From an uncultured Gammaproteobacteria bacterium (GTDB lineage: Bacteria > Patescibacteriota > Patescibacteriia > UBA9934), in NCBI GenBank assembly GCA_964613815.1, contig CAZTKG010000001.1:200895-264894 (forward strand): 64,000 nt of DNA, written 5' to 3'. This document shows, piece after piece, positions 10,854 to 19,250 of this stretch. The notes beneath the pieces were generated by a model. The model did not search any database. It was not told where the DNA came from and worked only from the letters and a program-made list of their open reading frames with translations. How positions within the stretch are numbered: position 1 is the first letter of the stretch; each line of letters begins with the position of its first letter. The position numbers and the translations under genes are program-made.

Positions 10854-11294
10854 ATGACGTGCGGATTGACAGATACCTCAATACCTGCCATGCTTACCCC
10901 TCCTCCTGGAGCATTCATGACCACCACTCCAATCCCGCTCTTTGGCGGATCAGCCGCCAAATCTGCCGTACTTCTCTTTCTTGGCTGGACTGCCTTCAGC
11001 CACCTAGTCACATTCGTAGAGCTCTCTGCACGAGCAGGAGTCACACCGTTCGAGCTCCTTTTTCTGAACTGGGCAATGCTGGCGCCGGTCTGCGCTTTCG
11101 CGGGCTGGAAGTGGATGACGCCTGCTCGCGCCCAATCGCGCTCAACGATCGTCGTCGCTCTTGCGGCCGCGGCCGGCACCCTTGTCAGCGGCCTGATCCT
11201 GATGCCGCCGAACGTGGCAGGCTCGCTGCTCTTCATCTTCTACATGTTCGCCATGTTTACGGCCATGCCGTATAACGTGCGACGCAATGCGTAG
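10854..11294 (+). CDS. Hypothetical membrane protein (GC-rich patch)
   Basis: 146-aa ORF with 3-4 hydrophobic helices. Overlapped by antisense ORFs typical of high-GC DNA, so the coding strand is uncertain. Confidence 0.3.
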   Translation: MTCGLTDTSIPAMLTPPPGAFMTTTPIPLFGGSAAKSAVLLFLGWTAFSHLVTFVELSARAGVTPFELLFLNWAMLAPVCAFAGWKWMTPARAQSRSTIVVALAAAAGTLVSGLILMPPNVAGSLLFIFYMFAMFTAMPYNVRRNA

Positions 11295-11405
11295 CTCACC
11301 GTAAGGTGAGCGTTTTTATTTCGCCCGTCTCGCCTGAGATCCTCTGAATAAAAATCCGCCTTGAAGGCGGTGATGAGAGCGAGTGTCGCGGCAGACAAGG
11401 AAGAG

Positions 11406-11810
11406 CTACAGCGAGCCGAGCGGAACCTGCACGATGTCATATTCTCCGCATCTGGCGAGTTGCTGCCTAGCACAGTGTGCCGGGACCTCGTGGAATTCTC
11501 CGTGCATCTGAACGTATGTCGCTACCCATTCCGGAAGATCCTCTCTGCGCACTCTGCGGCAGCTGACCTCCCTCAAGAATTCGAATCGCTCTCTGAGAAC
11601 GGGGGCGCAGAGACGTGTCATTGCACCGATCTCGAAGCTGTTCACACTTCTGCCCACCATGTGAGTGAGGATGTCTTGAATCCCACCTATGTGGCGCGTT
11701 GAGAGCAATTGACCGGTTACAATGGAGAGGAGGTCGGAGAGGTGGAAAGCGCGAGCTTGCATATAAGTCCCCTTTTTTGTAGGCGATTTGTTGCGCAGCA
11801 AAGATACCAA
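11406..11810 (-). CDS. Hypothetical protein (GC-rich patch)
   Basis: 134-aa ORF, tandem with the 11878..12252 ORF on the same strand. No recognisable domain. Confidence 0.3.
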   Translation of the reverse strand: MVSLLRNKSPTKKGTYMQARAFHLSDLLSIVTGQLLSTRHIGGIQDILTHMVGRSVNSFEIGAMTRLCAPVLRERFEFLREVSCRRVRREDLPEWVATYVQMHGEFHEVPAHCARQQLARCGEYDIVQVPLGSL

Positions 11811-11877
11811 CTTTTTGCCGATTTGTCAATGCTATGGAGTAATTTTTGCCATAAAAAATTGCACGCCTTACTGCGTG

Positions 11878-12252
11878 CTAGTCGATGCTCTTCGCACCAA
11901 CCAAGAGGTCGTGCAGGTCTGAGAGCTTGATCTTGATCATGTCAGTCCCCGCCTCTATGTGCATGGAAATCGGGATCACGGTGCCGAGCAGCTTGCCGAT
12001 TTCCGCCAGGATCTCCTCTTCAGCCCTTGTCGGGAAACCCCCTTCGCAAACCATGACCGTGATCAGCGTGTCATGCTCTGCGCTGTGCGCCTGCGCAATC
12101 ATCGCCCTGGCCCGGCTCCCTGCGTAGCCTTCTCGATACTCTCTCATCGTTCGCGTTGTTTGCGCGTGGAGCCGAGCTCCGAGGTCTGTCAGTGCCATAC
12201 TTCCTCCTGGAAAGAACGTATGATTCGTCACATCTGAGATGCGCGATGTCAA
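11878..12252 (-). CDS. Hypothetical protein (GC-rich patch)
   Basis: 124-aa ORF upstream of the 11406..11810 ORF on the same strand. No recognisable domain. Confidence 0.4.
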   Translation of the reverse strand: MTSRISDVTNHTFFPGGSMALTDLGARLHAQTTRTMREYREGYAGSRARAMIAQAHSAEHDTLITVMVCEGGFPTRAEEEILAEIGKLLGTVIPISMHIEAGTDMIKIKLSDLHDLLVGAKSID

Positions 12253-12262
12253 TACCGCCTAC

Positions 12263-12408
12263 ATCCTGAGGAGGGAGAGCGCAGCCACGTCGCTCGCGAG
12301 CGACGTGGCGTAGCCGACTGACGGAAGGATCTCGTGCCGCGCGGCATGGACGTCGGTGTCCGTACGGGATCCTTCCGCCGAGGGGACCGCCCCCTCGACT
12401 CAGGATGG
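12263..12408. repeat. Family-2 nested-stem repeat, copy 1
   Basis: CCTGAGGAGGGAGAG ... CTGACGGAAGGATC, loop, GGGATCCTTCCGCCG ... CTCGACTCAGGATGG. Two nested inverted repeats, just upstream of the tRNA. Confidence 0.75.
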
Positions 12409-12492
12409 TGGACAACTTGACACGCCCCCTCCCCTTCGCTATCATCACGTCACGATTTCCCGCGCGACGCCTTGAAGTATTACGCGTATCAA

Positions 12493-12567
12493 GGCCCCAT
12501 CGTCTAATGGTTAGGACGCAAGGTTCTCATCCTTGAAATCGGGGTTCGATTCCCCGTGGGGTCACCA
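12493..12567 (+). tRNA. tRNA-Glu (anticodon CUC)
   Basis: Hand-folded cloverleaf: acceptor GGCCCCA/TGGGGTC, D-arm GTCT/GGAC, anticodon stem CAAGG/CCTTG with loop TTCTCAT (U33, CTC at 34-36), T-arm GGGGT-TCGATTC-CCCCG, encoded CCA. Confidence 0.8.
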
Positions 12568-12646
12568 AAAAACATGCACTTTGGTGCGTGTTTTTTGTTT
12601 TGACTTAACAAACAAAAAACTCAACCAAGCCAGGTTGAGTAGTTGA

Positions 12647-13600
12647 TCAATGAACCGTTTTCGTAGAGCTATCGATGTTCACGCTGGGAATGAAGTCGCC
12701 TGCATCTAGCGCTGCACCCCCCTGCGAAATCACTACGTCTGACGTGATCAAACTTGCAGTAAAAATCGCACCAACCGAAGCACCGATGTCTACTTCGATA
12801 ACGAGAGCGAGTGCACTTCCTGGCGTCATAGCTTCGTCAGCCTCAAAGATGACAGTCTGACATGCGTCGCTGTCGCCCGCGTCAGTGTCGAGCTCGAGTG
12901 GTCCAGCTATCACAGTTCCGCCACTTTCGGCTATCTTGAGATTTGTGATATTGCCGTGACCGCCCGTGTTGATTAGCCCGTCATCGTCTAGATCTGACGC
13001 ACCCGGGTCATCATCTTCCTCGTCAGGCGGATCACCATCTCCGTCGTCATCTGCGCAGAATTTTATCGGAACATCTTCCATCAGGACATCTGCATCTGAC
13101 GTGATGATGAGTTCTAGCAAGGATACATTGAGGTCTCCAGAAGATGCGTACCCTGCGCTTGGGCCGAGAGATACGATGATGATCTCCGCCGTGGGGCATT
13201 CGAGAATGCTCGCGTCGGTATCGTCGCAGTCGTCCGCGAGAATGAGTCCGTCATTGTCGAGATCGTCGTCTGGCGTTGTGATGTCACAATCGTTGTCGAA
13301 CGTGTCGTATGGAACCTCAGTGGCGCCGGGATTGATGTCTGCATCCGTGTCGTTGCAGTCTCTGGCACCACGTGCTCTCACGTAGCCAGTGACACTACGT
13401 AAACAAGTGTGTATCGCCCCGGGTGGAGAGCCGTAGCCGTCGCTGTCGCTGTCAGGAAGGTGCCATATGCGTCTTGATGCGTATGGATTTGGATTGAGCG
13501 GACGACAGTCCACCGCGTCTACAATTCCATCGTTATCAGCGTCGTTCTCAAGAGAGCCTGCAAAGGTGAATGCGATCAGAATCGGGAAAAAGAGCGTCAT
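12647..13600 (-). CDS. Secreted Asp-rich repeat protein, putative calcium-binding (thrombospondin-type-3-like DxDxDG repeats)
   Basis: Signal peptide MTLFFPILIAFTFAGS; repeated DNDGIVDAVDC / DSDSDGYG / DNDCD / DLDNDGL / DDDGDGDPPD motifs; many Cys. Confidence 0.6.
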   Translation of the reverse strand: MTLFFPILIAFTFAGSLENDADNDGIVDAVDCRPLNPNPYASRRIWHLPDSDSDGYGSPPGAIHTCLRSVTGYVRARGARDCNDTDADINPGATEVPYDTFDNDCDITTPDDDLDNDGLILADDCDDTDASILECPTAEIIIVSLGPSAGYASSGDLNVSLLELIITSDADVLMEDVPIKFCADDDGDGDPPDEEDDDPGASDLDDDGLINTGGHGNITNLKIAESGGTVIAGPLELDTDAGDSDACQTVIFEADEAMTPGSALALVIEVDIGASVGAIFTASLITSDVVISQGGAALDAGDFIPSVNIDSSTKTVH

Positions 13601-13929
13601 TTCGTATTCCTTTTTGGGGTTACTTGATGTGAGCGTGGTATAGCATTATTTCACCCTTTTGTCTAGCCTTTGGTGTGAAAGGGGTCAGGTCGTGTATCGT
13701 GACATTTTTGGAGCTTGCCTCATTGTGAAATGGTAGGATGAACAGCCCCCTATGCTGCGCCTGATTTTGAAAATTGTCACGATACACGACCCGACCCCAT
13801 CCACTACTCGATCATCGCCGCGATGTGCTATTACGCTGGAGCCACGGTCGCGACCCTCCGCTGAACGCCTCCGCCGCCCCATAGAGCGCCCTGCTCTGCG
13901 GGGCGTTTCTTTTTTTGACCCTGACCCTG

Positions 13930-14003
13930 CCCCATCTCGACCTTGTGGAGAGATCTTACCTCTGCGCTGTCCGAAGAGATCTCTCGGCTACGCTCGAGAT
14001 GGG
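13930..14003. repeat. Family-1 palindromic repeat, copy C
   Basis: cccatctcgaccttgtggagagatct, loop, agatctctcggctacgctcgagatggg. Confidence 0.85.
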
Positions 14004-14055
14004 AAGAGACATTTTCCAAAATTAAAACCGCAGAGCGAATCTGCGGGATGGGGGC

Positions 14056-14553
14056 TCAAGGGGAAGCGGACACGGGGATGGGGCTCAGGGGCAGCTCGGG
14101 CACGTGCAGCCAGGCTGGGATGGCGCGGCGGCGCCTGGACCAGTTGAGGAATGCGCGTGAGAGGCTCGCCATCCAGGTCAGGCCGACTTCGAAGTCGTTT
14201 GACTTGGCGTCTTCGTCCATGCCGGCGAGGTCGAACCCTTCTGGAGCGCGGTCGGGGAGCACCATACGCTGGCACTCGTACCCTGCACCGTCATCCAACT
14301 TGCGGATGCCGATGATTGCGCACGACTGACGAGGGTCTCTCCCCTGTGTGAGAACGAGCGAAACTGCGGTGCAGTCTGCGCGTTCTGAGGGGATGATGCG
14401 GAGGATCATGCCTGCGTGCTCTGCGGCGTTTCCGCGGAATTGGGCGTAGAGCCCGATCCTTCCGTATGCGGCAGCGAAGAGTTCCTGTGTCGCTTCCGAG
14501 ATGTCGTTCATGCAGTCTCCTTTTTTGCGAGAACGTGAGAGGGATATTGCCAT
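14056..14553 (-). CDS. Hypothetical protein
   Basis: 165-aa ORF; probable start at the internal MNDISEATQELF. C-terminal part runs through GC-rich repetitive DNA and may be over-called. Confidence 0.35.
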   Translation of the reverse strand: MAISLSRSRKKGDCMNDISEATQELFAAAYGRIGLYAQFRGNAAEHAGMILRIIPSERADCTAVSLVLTQGRDPRQSCAIIGIRKLDDGAGYECQRMVLPDRAPEGFDLAGMDEDAKSNDFEVGLTWMASLSRAFLNWSRRRRAIPAWLHVPELPLSPIPVSASP

Positions 14554-14602
14554 GGATTTTGTATTTTGTCAAGCCTGAGATTTCAATCTTGATTATTTCT
14601 GC

Positions 14603-14965
14603 ATGTTTGGTATATTTTTGATACTTCCCTGGAGAAGCATGTCACTTTCGTCTGCTATGGATCGGCTCGGTATCAGCGATGGACCCGGCCTTGCTCGGCA
14701 AAATGCGTACAAGAAGAAGCAGCTGGCTCATGCTCAAGCCGACGAGCAGGCCGAGGTCTTTCGCGGCATGAGCTATGCGGAGCAGTGCGCGTGGTGCAGA
14801 TCGCTCACGGAGAAGCCTGGGCTTTCGTGCTCTGATGCGATGAGAAGCGATGAGCTTGTGCAGGTCGCCGTCCATGACGAGCATACATGGCCCTTCCATC
14901 GTACGACGGCCTTTCTCGATATTTGGTCTGGTACGTACTACGGCTGGGCCCACGAACGCGTGTAA
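14603..14965 (+). CDS. Hypothetical protein
   Basis: 120-aa ORF divergent from the previous gene. No recognisable domain. Confidence 0.3.
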   Translation: MFGIFLILPWRSMSLSSAMDRLGISDGPGLARQNAYKKKQLAHAQADEQAEVFRGMSYAEQCAWCRSLTEKPGLSCSDAMRSDELVQVAVHDEHTWPFHRTTAFLDIWSGTYYGWAHERV

Positions 14966-15016
14966 CGCTCGGATGGGCGTTCTTTTTTTTGGATGAAAAA
15001 AGAGCCCAGATCGGGC

Positions 15017-15874
15017 TTATTCTTGTTCGTGTGCCTCGAGAAGCGGCGCAATTCCCTCTGTCTCCATTGCGGCGAGCATCTTCCAGTTCGCGTCGTCAAA
15101 GACCGTTGTATGCCCAACCAATCTCTTTCGCTGGCGGACGAGTGTTTCGGCTGTGACTTGGCTGCTGAGATCGATCTCTCCCAGTCGAGCCTCCGCGAGC
15201 ATCCCGTCCGCGATGGCGAACTCGGCGAGCCAGAATGCCTCTTCGTCCACATATGCGGCGTGAGCGCGCTCCGCGGCCTTCATGTCTCCCCTACCATGCC
15301 TTGCGCGTTCGCAGGCTATGTTCGATTGCTTCGCTTGGCTGTCGCCGTGACTTGTAATGATCGTGAAGACTCTTATGATCGCGGTTCGGCTGTCGGCATT
15401 GAATGCAGCTGTTCGAGTTCTAATGACATCGCCCGCCCTCTTGTTCAAATGCCTCGTTGCGGGGGCGTAGCCGTATGGCGCGAGGACTGTCCAGAAAAGG
15501 CGACTCCAAGCTGGCGTCTGCATGAGCCTTCGAAGACCGGTGAGGTCTTTTGATGCCTTGTCGATCTCTTCTTTGTTCATCTTGTACGTCAAGAGGTTGA
15601 ACAAGAGATAGAGCGTCACCACGAACATGGCGCTGAAGCTCATGCTGACCCTCATGAATAGCAGAACTGCGTAGGCTCCTGCCATGAGACTCGCGAGCCC
15701 ATTGAGCATGACTGTCCTTTGCTCGAAGACGGTGAGTAGCACTCTATCCTCACAAAGCTGAAAGAGATCGTCCAGGGCCTTGCGGATGTTTTTGAATGCG
15801 CCCATCTGTCCCGTGAGCGGCATGAATCGTCTGAAGTCGTACGGATGAGCTTCGGCTGCGATGTCGTCTGACAT
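15017..15874 (-). CDS. Hypothetical membrane protein
   Basis: 285 aa with hydrophobic helices in the middle (GLASLMAGAYAVLLFMRVSMSFSAMFVVTLYLLFNLLTY). No recognisable family. Confidence 0.45.
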   Translation of the reverse strand: MSDDIAAEAHPYDFRRFMPLTGQMGAFKNIRKALDDLFQLCEDRVLLTVFEQRTVMLNGLASLMAGAYAVLLFMRVSMSFSAMFVVTLYLLFNLLTYKMNKEEIDKASKDLTGLRRLMQTPAWSRLFWTVLAPYGYAPATRHLNKRAGDVIRTRTAAFNADSRTAIIRVFTIITSHGDSQAKQSNIACERARHGRGDMKAAERAHAAYVDEEAFWLAEFAIADGMLAEARLGEIDLSSQVTAETLVRQRKRLVGHTTVFDDANWKMLAAMETEGIAPLLEAHEQE

Positions 15875-15943
15875 TGTTTCTCCAAAAGAAAGAACGATAG
15901 GTTTAGCCTATCGTGTCAATCTATTTCTGACAAATGATAACCT

Positions 15944-16888
15944 CTACATCAAATTAAACAACTTCCCGATGAAGAGGGCGTAGATGACGAGGTACATCGC
16001 GCCTTCGTAGCTGTGCATGCGCTTGCTGATGCCTCCGATGATGAAGAGGAGGGTTGCGACGATGAGGACCGGGATACCAAGGGTTAGCGTGCTGTGGTCG
16101 ATCGCGATTGTTGTGAATAAGCCCGGGAGGCCAACGACGAGGAGGAGGTTGAAGACGTTTGAGCCGAAGATGTTTCCGAGGGCGACGTCTGACTTTCCTG
16201 CAAGCGCGGCTTTGACGGAGACGATGAGTTCTGGGAGCGATGTTCCGACCGCGACGGCTGCGAGAGAGATAGCCCCGACGCCGATGTCGAAAATGGTCGC
16301 GAGCTCGATGACGGAATCAACGAGGTACTTTGCGCCGAAAATGAGACCTAGGAGGCCGAGGATAAGGAAGAGGATGTCTGCGGCGACGATTTTTGGACGC
16401 TTTGCTTTCTTTTTTCTAGCGCGCTTTTTGGTGGACTCGTCTTTGTAGGTGATCGAGTAGATGAAATAGATGAAAAACGCAACCATGAGGAGCATGGACT
16501 CGATGCGCGTGATTTGTCCATCCATAGCAACGCCGAGGAAGAGGACGGTTGTTGCGGCAAGGAGCGGGAGGTCGAGGTCGATGAGGTCTTTTGAGACCAC
16601 GAGCTTCCGGCCGATGAGTGCACTAACTCCTACAACGAGGAGGATGTTGGCGATGTTGGAACCGATGGCGTTTGCGGCGACCATCTCTGTGACGCCCTGC
16701 ATGGTGGCAACGATGGATGAGATAACCTCGGGGAGCGAGGTTCCGAGGCCGACGATGACGACGCCGATGACGAAGGAAGAGAGCCCTGCGGCGAGGCCGA
16801 TTTTTTCGGCGCTTTTTAGGAGCCAGCCTGCGCCTTTGACGAGGACAACGAGGGATAACAAAAATACCCCCAGCCAGAATAGAATCAT
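15944..16888 (-). CDS. Ca2+/cation antiporter, CaCA family (YrbG-like)
   Basis: 314 aa; two homologous halves each with an alpha-repeat (GTSLPE...), cytoplasmic basic loop between them. Confidence 0.85.
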   Translation of the reverse strand: MILFWLGVFLLSLVVLVKGAGWLLKSAEKIGLAAGLSSFVIGVVIVGLGTSLPEVISSIVATMQGVTEMVAANAIGSNIANILLVVGVSALIGRKLVVSKDLIDLDLPLLAATTVLFLGVAMDGQITRIESMLLMVAFFIYFIYSITYKDESTKKRARKKKAKRPKIVAADILFLILGLLGLIFGAKYLVDSVIELATIFDIGVGAISLAAVAVGTSLPELIVSVKAALAGKSDVALGNIFGSNVFNLLLVVGLPGLFTTIAIDHSTLTLGIPVLIVATLLFIIGGISKRMHSYEGAMYLVIYALFIGKLFNLM

Positions 16889-16922
16889 ATGCTAGGAGTA
16901 TATCATGTCGGTCAACCTCGAA

Positions 16923-17021
16923 GAGATCTCTCCACTCCCTTTGGTCGGTCGAGATGGGGGGCGGAGGGACTTGTTAATAAACACGTTCCGCCCTCTCCCA
17001 TCTCGACCTTGTGGAGAGATC
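16923..17021. repeat. Family-1 palindromic repeat, copy D (arms in tail-to-tail order)
   Basis: gagatctctccactccctttggtcggtcgagatggg...loop...ccctctcccatctcgaccttgtggagagatc. Lies immediately 3' of the GIY-YIG gene. Confidence 0.85.
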
Positions 17022-17027
17022 TTGCAG

Positions 17028-17318
17028 CTATACAATGTAAAAATACAAATCCCTCCTCTCTTTATTCGTCCTGTCGATCAACCAATCCTTCTTTTTTCGT
17101 GACCACTTCTTCAATTGGATCTCACGCTCTCTTGCGCCGTCGTAATCACCTCCGGCTTCGAAGTAAACGAGTTTTGTTGCGTTGTATTTCTGTGAAAAAC
17201 CTTCGACTGCCTTTGCTTTATGTTCGTGCACTCTGCGGATAAGATCACTTGTGCAGCCAATGTACAGCACCGTATCGCCCGGGTTGGCCATGATATATAT
17301 GCAGTATTCCTCCTCCAT
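17028..17318 (-). CDS. GIY-YIG nuclease family small protein
   Basis: YCIYIMANPGDTVLYIGCTSDLIRRVHEHK... is the GIY-YIG catalytic module. The ORF-track start at 17345 lies inside repeat copy E, so the start is moved to the ATG at 17318 (MEEEYCIYIM). Confidence 0.75.
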   Translation of the reverse strand: MEEEYCIYIMANPGDTVLYIGCTSDLIRRVHEHKAKAVEGFSQKYNATKLVYFEAGGDYDGAREREIQLKKWSRKKKDWLIDRTNKERRDLYFYIV

Positions 17319-17333
17319 AAATAAAGATAATAC

Positions 17334-17414
17334 CCCCTCTCCCATCTCGACCTTGCGGAGAGATCTTGCGCCTGCCGCTATCAGATCTCTCGACTACGCT
17401 CGAGATGGGAGGGG
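17334..17414. repeat. Family-1 palindromic repeat, copy E
   Basis: cccctctcccatctcgaccttgcggagagatct, loop, agatctctcgactacgctcgagatgggagggg. Immediately 5' of the GIY-YIG gene. Confidence 0.85.
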
Positions 17415-17424
17415 TGCGGAAGAT

Positions 17425-17700
17425 CTATTTTAACTTTTCAATGATCTCCGGAATATCATTCACCGACACCTCCCCGAGCCATTCATTGTTCGGCATGACG
17501 ATGACTGTCACGCCCGTGAGACAGTTGCCGAGGCAGGAGCTTTTGATGACGCGGACGTCTGTATATTCTGCTGCTGCAGCCATTTTGAGTTCGTGGTAGA
17601 GATTTTCTGACCCGCGCTTCATGCAGCAGTCCATGTCGCCCTCGCGCTCACGTTGGCAGACGAGGACGAGTTTTCGGAAGGGATTATTTGCTGGAATCAT
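17425..17700 (-). CDS. Thioredoxin-like [2Fe-2S] ferredoxin
   Basis: 91 aa with Cys spacing C-x(10-12)-C...C-x3-C (VLVCQ...DCC...SSCLGNC) matching thioredoxin-fold [2Fe-2S] ferredoxins. Confidence 0.55.
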   Translation of the reverse strand: MIPANNPFRKLVLVCQREREGDMDCCMKRGSENLYHELKMAAAAEYTDVRVIKSSCLGNCLTGVTVIVMPNNEWLGEVSVNDIPEIIEKLK

Positions 17701-18442
17701 TTTGGACGGATTTACTGAATGTTTCGAAGGCTTTTACGACCTCAAGCGGAATCGCGAAGATGACCGTGTTTGACTGGTCGGATGAGAGGTCGTTTAGGGT
17801 TGAAAGCGTTCGAAGGTGGAGGGCGCCTGGAGACTTTGCGAGCATTGTCGCTGCTTCTTTGAGGTTTGTTGCTGCCTGCACCTCTCCCTGTGCCTTGATG
17901 ACGACAGCGCGTCGCTCTCGCTCTGCCTCTGCTTGTTTTGCGATTGTTCGCTTCATTTCTTCTGGAAGCGTGATGTCTTTGAGCTCAACATTATCAACCT
18001 GAATTCCCCACGGGTCTGTGAGCGAATCTACGAGTTCTTTGATCTTTCTTGATGCCTCATCTCGCTTTGTGAGGAGTTCGTCGAGATCCATCTCTCCCAC
18101 AACGTTCCGCATGGTTGTTTGCGCGAGTTGGGATACCGCGTGCTTGAAGTGCTCTACTTCGATGATGGCCTTTTCTGCATCTTTGACCTTGTAGTAGAGA
18201 ACCGCGTTGATGCGTGCGGAGATATTGTCTTTTGTGATCGCTTCTTGATCTGGCACATCAACCGCTTTGACGCGGATGTCGACCTTTTTCATGGACTGAA
18301 AAACGGGAATCACGAGACGCCATCCTGGCTGGAGCGTCTTTGTGTAGCGACCGAGCTGAAATTTGACCCCTCTTTGGTATTCGTTGATTTGGCGAATGCT
18401 AATGAGAATTATAAAAACGACGAGGTAAATCAAGTATTGCAT
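17684..18442 (-). CDS. SPFH/band-7 (stomatin/prohibitin-like) membrane protein
   Basis: N-terminal TM helix, then the band-7 core (NEYQRGVKFQLGRYTKTLQPGWRLVIP...DVPDQEAITKDN) and C-terminal coiled coil. Confidence 0.85.
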   Translation of the reverse strand: MQYLIYLVVFIILISIRQINEYQRGVKFQLGRYTKTLQPGWRLVIPVFQSMKKVDIRVKAVDVPDQEAITKDNISARINAVLYYKVKDAEKAIIEVEHFKHAVSQLAQTTMRNVVGEMDLDELLTKRDEASRKIKELVDSLTDPWGIQVDNVELKDITLPEEMKRTIAKQAEAERERRAVVIKAQGEVQAATNLKEAATMLAKSPGALHLRTLSTLNDLSSDQSNTVIFAIPLEVVKAFETFSKSVQNDSSK

Positions 18443-18452
18443 ACGCTTCGGT

Positions 18453-19235
18453 TTAGATTATGATCAAAATGATGATCGCTACCGCAATTCGGTAAAGCGA
18501 GAACCAACCGTAGCTGATTTTTGCCACCATTGCAAGGAGAAAACGTATGGCTAGAGTCCCCGCAAAGAAGGCGGAGATGAAGCCAGCGATGATGATTGGG
18601 AGGGGGGTTTCTAGACCTGTCGTGATGACATCGAGGAAGGTGACGAGGCCTGCGCCGGCGATTGCAGGTATGGCGAGGAGGAAGGAGAAGCGGGCGGCGG
18701 CGGTTCTTGAGAGGCCGGCGAGGAGGCCTCCGGTGATGGTGATGCCTGAGCGTGATGTTCCTGGGATGAGGGCGAGCATTTGCATGCAGCCGATGGCGAT
18801 TGCTTTGGTCCAGGTGAGGGTTTCGATGTTTTCTGTGGTCTTTTTGGATGAGGCGAATCTGTCGGCAGCCCAAAGCGCGATACCCCAGACGATGAGGCCT
18901 GTAGCGATGGCTTCTGGGGAGCGTATGAGGTCGATATCGAATACTGATAGGGCTACGCCGAGAATGCCCACTGGGATGGTTGCGATGATGATTTTGGCGA
19001 GGAGGGAGTTTTCTTTCTTGGTTTTGCAGGTTTTGATGAGGTCGGCGATGTCGGTCCTGAGAACCCAGATGATGGCGAGGAGGGTTGCGACGTGGACGGC
19101 GACGTCAAAATCCATCCCCTGCTCGGACCAGCCGAGGAGCTTGGGGATGAAGATGAGGTGGCCCGAAGAGGAGATCGGAAGGAATTCCGTGATCCCCTGG
19201 ACGGCGCCGAGGATGATGGGTTCGAGGAGTTGCAT
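18453..19235 (-). CDS. uppP: Undecaprenyl-diphosphatase UppP/BacA
   Basis: 260 aa polytopic; conserved BacA motifs (GITEFLPISSSGHL; PGTSRSGITITGGL). Confidence 0.9.
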   Translation of the reverse strand: MQLLEPIILGAVQGITEFLPISSSGHLIFIPKLLGWSEQGMDFDVAVHVATLLAIIWVLRTDIADLIKTCKTKKENSLLAKIIIATIPVGILGVALSVFDIDLIRSPEAIATGLIVWGIALWAADRFASSKKTTENIETLTWTKAIAIGCMQMLALIPGTSRSGITITGGLLAGLSRTAAARFSFLLAIPAIAGAGLVTFLDVITTGLETPLPIIIAGFISAFFAGTLAIRFLLAMVAKISYGWFSLYRIAVAIIILIII

Positions 19236-19250
19236 GCGTGTTTTTGACGT

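Noticed and set aside
11361-11702. Plus-strand 113-aa ORF in the tRNA-adjacent GC-rich patch
   Set aside because: It overlaps a minus-strand ORF of similar length. Neither has homology, so only one strand was listed as a low-confidence feature and the other treated as an overlapping-frame artefact.
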